From Octopus bimaculoides (lineage: Eukaryota), in assembly GCF_001194135.2 (NCBI RefSeq), contig NC_069000.1:35275465-35324217 (forward strand): 48,753 nucleotides of DNA. Reading direction: 5' to 3'. Every line of letters begins with the position of its first letter. The stretch's first letter is position 1. Both the position numbers and the translations under genes were made by a program. Under the pieces are notes generated by a model. The model was not told the DNA's origin. It did not search any database and saw nothing but the letters and a program-made list of their open reading frames with translations. Positions 47,304 to 48,753 of the stretch are shown piece after piece.

Positions 47304-48185
47304 CAAGTGCAGTGGGTAAATTGTCACTATTTTATATTCTTAATTTCATGCATGTGCATTGTTTGTTTTTGATTTTGTCGACTACACAGTACAGTAGAGT
47401 CAGCTAGGCACTGTCTGTAAGAAAAGCAGCACCATGGTGCAATTCACTCTGCCAGAAATTTGGAAACAACATGTGATACTGCTTGGCACTCACACCACAA
47501 GTTCCAATATGAACATTTCAGACTGTTTGTGTGCAATCTGAGGACATGTACCAAGAGTGATAAAAATCAAACATCCACTCTAAACACTCATGGGGTTTGG
47601 AGTGATCATGAGTAATGGTGACATTATGCTCCATTCATCTTCCCACACAGCCTTAGACTCAACATAGAGGCCTACATCAAGTTCCTGGGGGAGGTAGTCC
47701 TGCCCTGTGTCAACAGAGTAGCTGCTGGAAGACCCTATGTCTGGCAACAGGACTCTGCACCATGCCACACAAGCAAGAGGATCCAGTCATGGCTGTCAGA
47801 CGATTTCTGAAACCACATCACCCCTAACATCTGGCCATCGAATCGATTCTGGTACACATAACAATTAAGGGGGTTACCCCTTAATTGTTATGTGTGGGGT
47901 GCAGTTGAGTGAGAGACCAACAAAACTCCTTGTAACACCAAAGATGAACCAAAAACAAGGACTATGGCAGCATTCACCAACTTAAACAAGGAGACCGTCC
48001 AGAAGAGTTGCAGGAGATTCCGAAGTCGTCTGGAGGTCGTGGTTGAAGCTAATAGTGATTTTATTGAATAAAATTACTCTTTAGTATTTCAAGATATTTT
48101 TATGTAATTTTGGTAAATATAGTGTTAAAATGAGATGTCAGTGTTATTTTCATTTTTGCGTAATTTAGTGTATATTCACTGCACC

Positions 48186-48188
<3 letters not shown>
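47304..48188 (+). mobile_element. Internally deleted maT family 2 copy
   Basis: Termini TA|CAAGTGCAGTG...CACTGCACCCTG|TA; colinear with the reverse complement of 37130-38297; VWQQDSAPCHTS motif. Confidence 0.9.
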
Positions 48189-48230
<42 letters not shown>

Positions 48231-48613
48231 GTAATTATTTCAAATGTGGGTATACACTTGGTACTATGCCATTTAAAGCATGTCCACTGTTTTGGGGTAC
48301 CTGATGTCATCATAAATTTCTTTTTTTCTTTCTCTCATTTGTTATATGTGTTTGTGTGTGAGTGTGTGTCTTTGTGTATGTGTTTGTCCCTCACGGTTTA
48401 TAACCCCGTGACTTAGTTGCTTGGCAAAAGAGACCAATGGAATAAGTACCAGGCTTTAAAAAAAAACAAGTACCAGAATCGATTCGATTGACTAAAATTC
48501 TTCAAAGTAGTGCCCCAGCATGGCTACAGACTAATGACTGACACAAGTAACAAACAAAAGACAAAAGATAAAAGAGATCCATCTTTCTAATCATCCATTT
48601 ATTTCTCTTTCAG

Positions 48614-48753
48614 ATGGATGTTATGAGAAACAATTTGGAATCTGACGTTGCATCCTTCCACACTGCTGTTCAGAAATTCTCTGATAGATGGGAGCAAGCA
48701 GAGCAGAACTTATCTTTTGATGGGGACATTTCACAATGTGACCAGGATCTTGA
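48614..48753 (+). CDS. DYNC2H1: DYNC2H1 exon, runs off the window: MDVMRNNLESDVASFHTAVQKFSDRWEQAEQNLSFDGDISQCDQDL...
   Basis: Acceptor ctttcag/; phase 0; matches human IEVMKGNVKSR...EKFKARWDQ. Confidence 0.88.
   Translation, partial: MDVMRNNLESDVASFHTAVQKFSDRWEQAEQNLSFDGDISQCDQDL

Overview
Eukaryotic, AT-rich, microsatellite- and SINE-dense genomic DNA. The SINE families and repeat landscape look like an Octopus short-read assembly (inference), and there are nine N gaps. One protein-coding gene crosses the window on the + strand: cytoplasmic dynein 2 heavy chain 1 (DYNC2H1), N-terminal tail region. I traced 11 GT-AG exons from 8239 to the window end. Splice phases are consistent throughout except between exons 22375-22514 and 26866-26993, where about 75 residues are missing and probably lie in the 23974-24653 gap. 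The introns contain at least five SINE families, decayed Tc1/mariner elements (DD37D maT and cecropia-type mariner), piggyBac-, hAT- and mariner-type MITEs, Dong/R4-type RLE retrotransposon 3' fragments and a Penelope GIY-YIG fragment. The most unusual feature is at 411-1601 (- strand): a TSD-flanked 1.7-mer of a ~400-nt Penelope-derived unit. Each unit carries a minimal hammerhead ribozyme (retrozyme-like), and a Dong/R4 fragment is inserted into the (TAA)n of one unit. Other points of interest are a templated fold-back inversion in a maT relic, a long-TIR fold-back element, candidate cryptic exons and a CCAAT palindrome with nearby CpG-rich DNA in the 15.5-kb intron. All family assignments come from motif recognition by eye; no database search was run.
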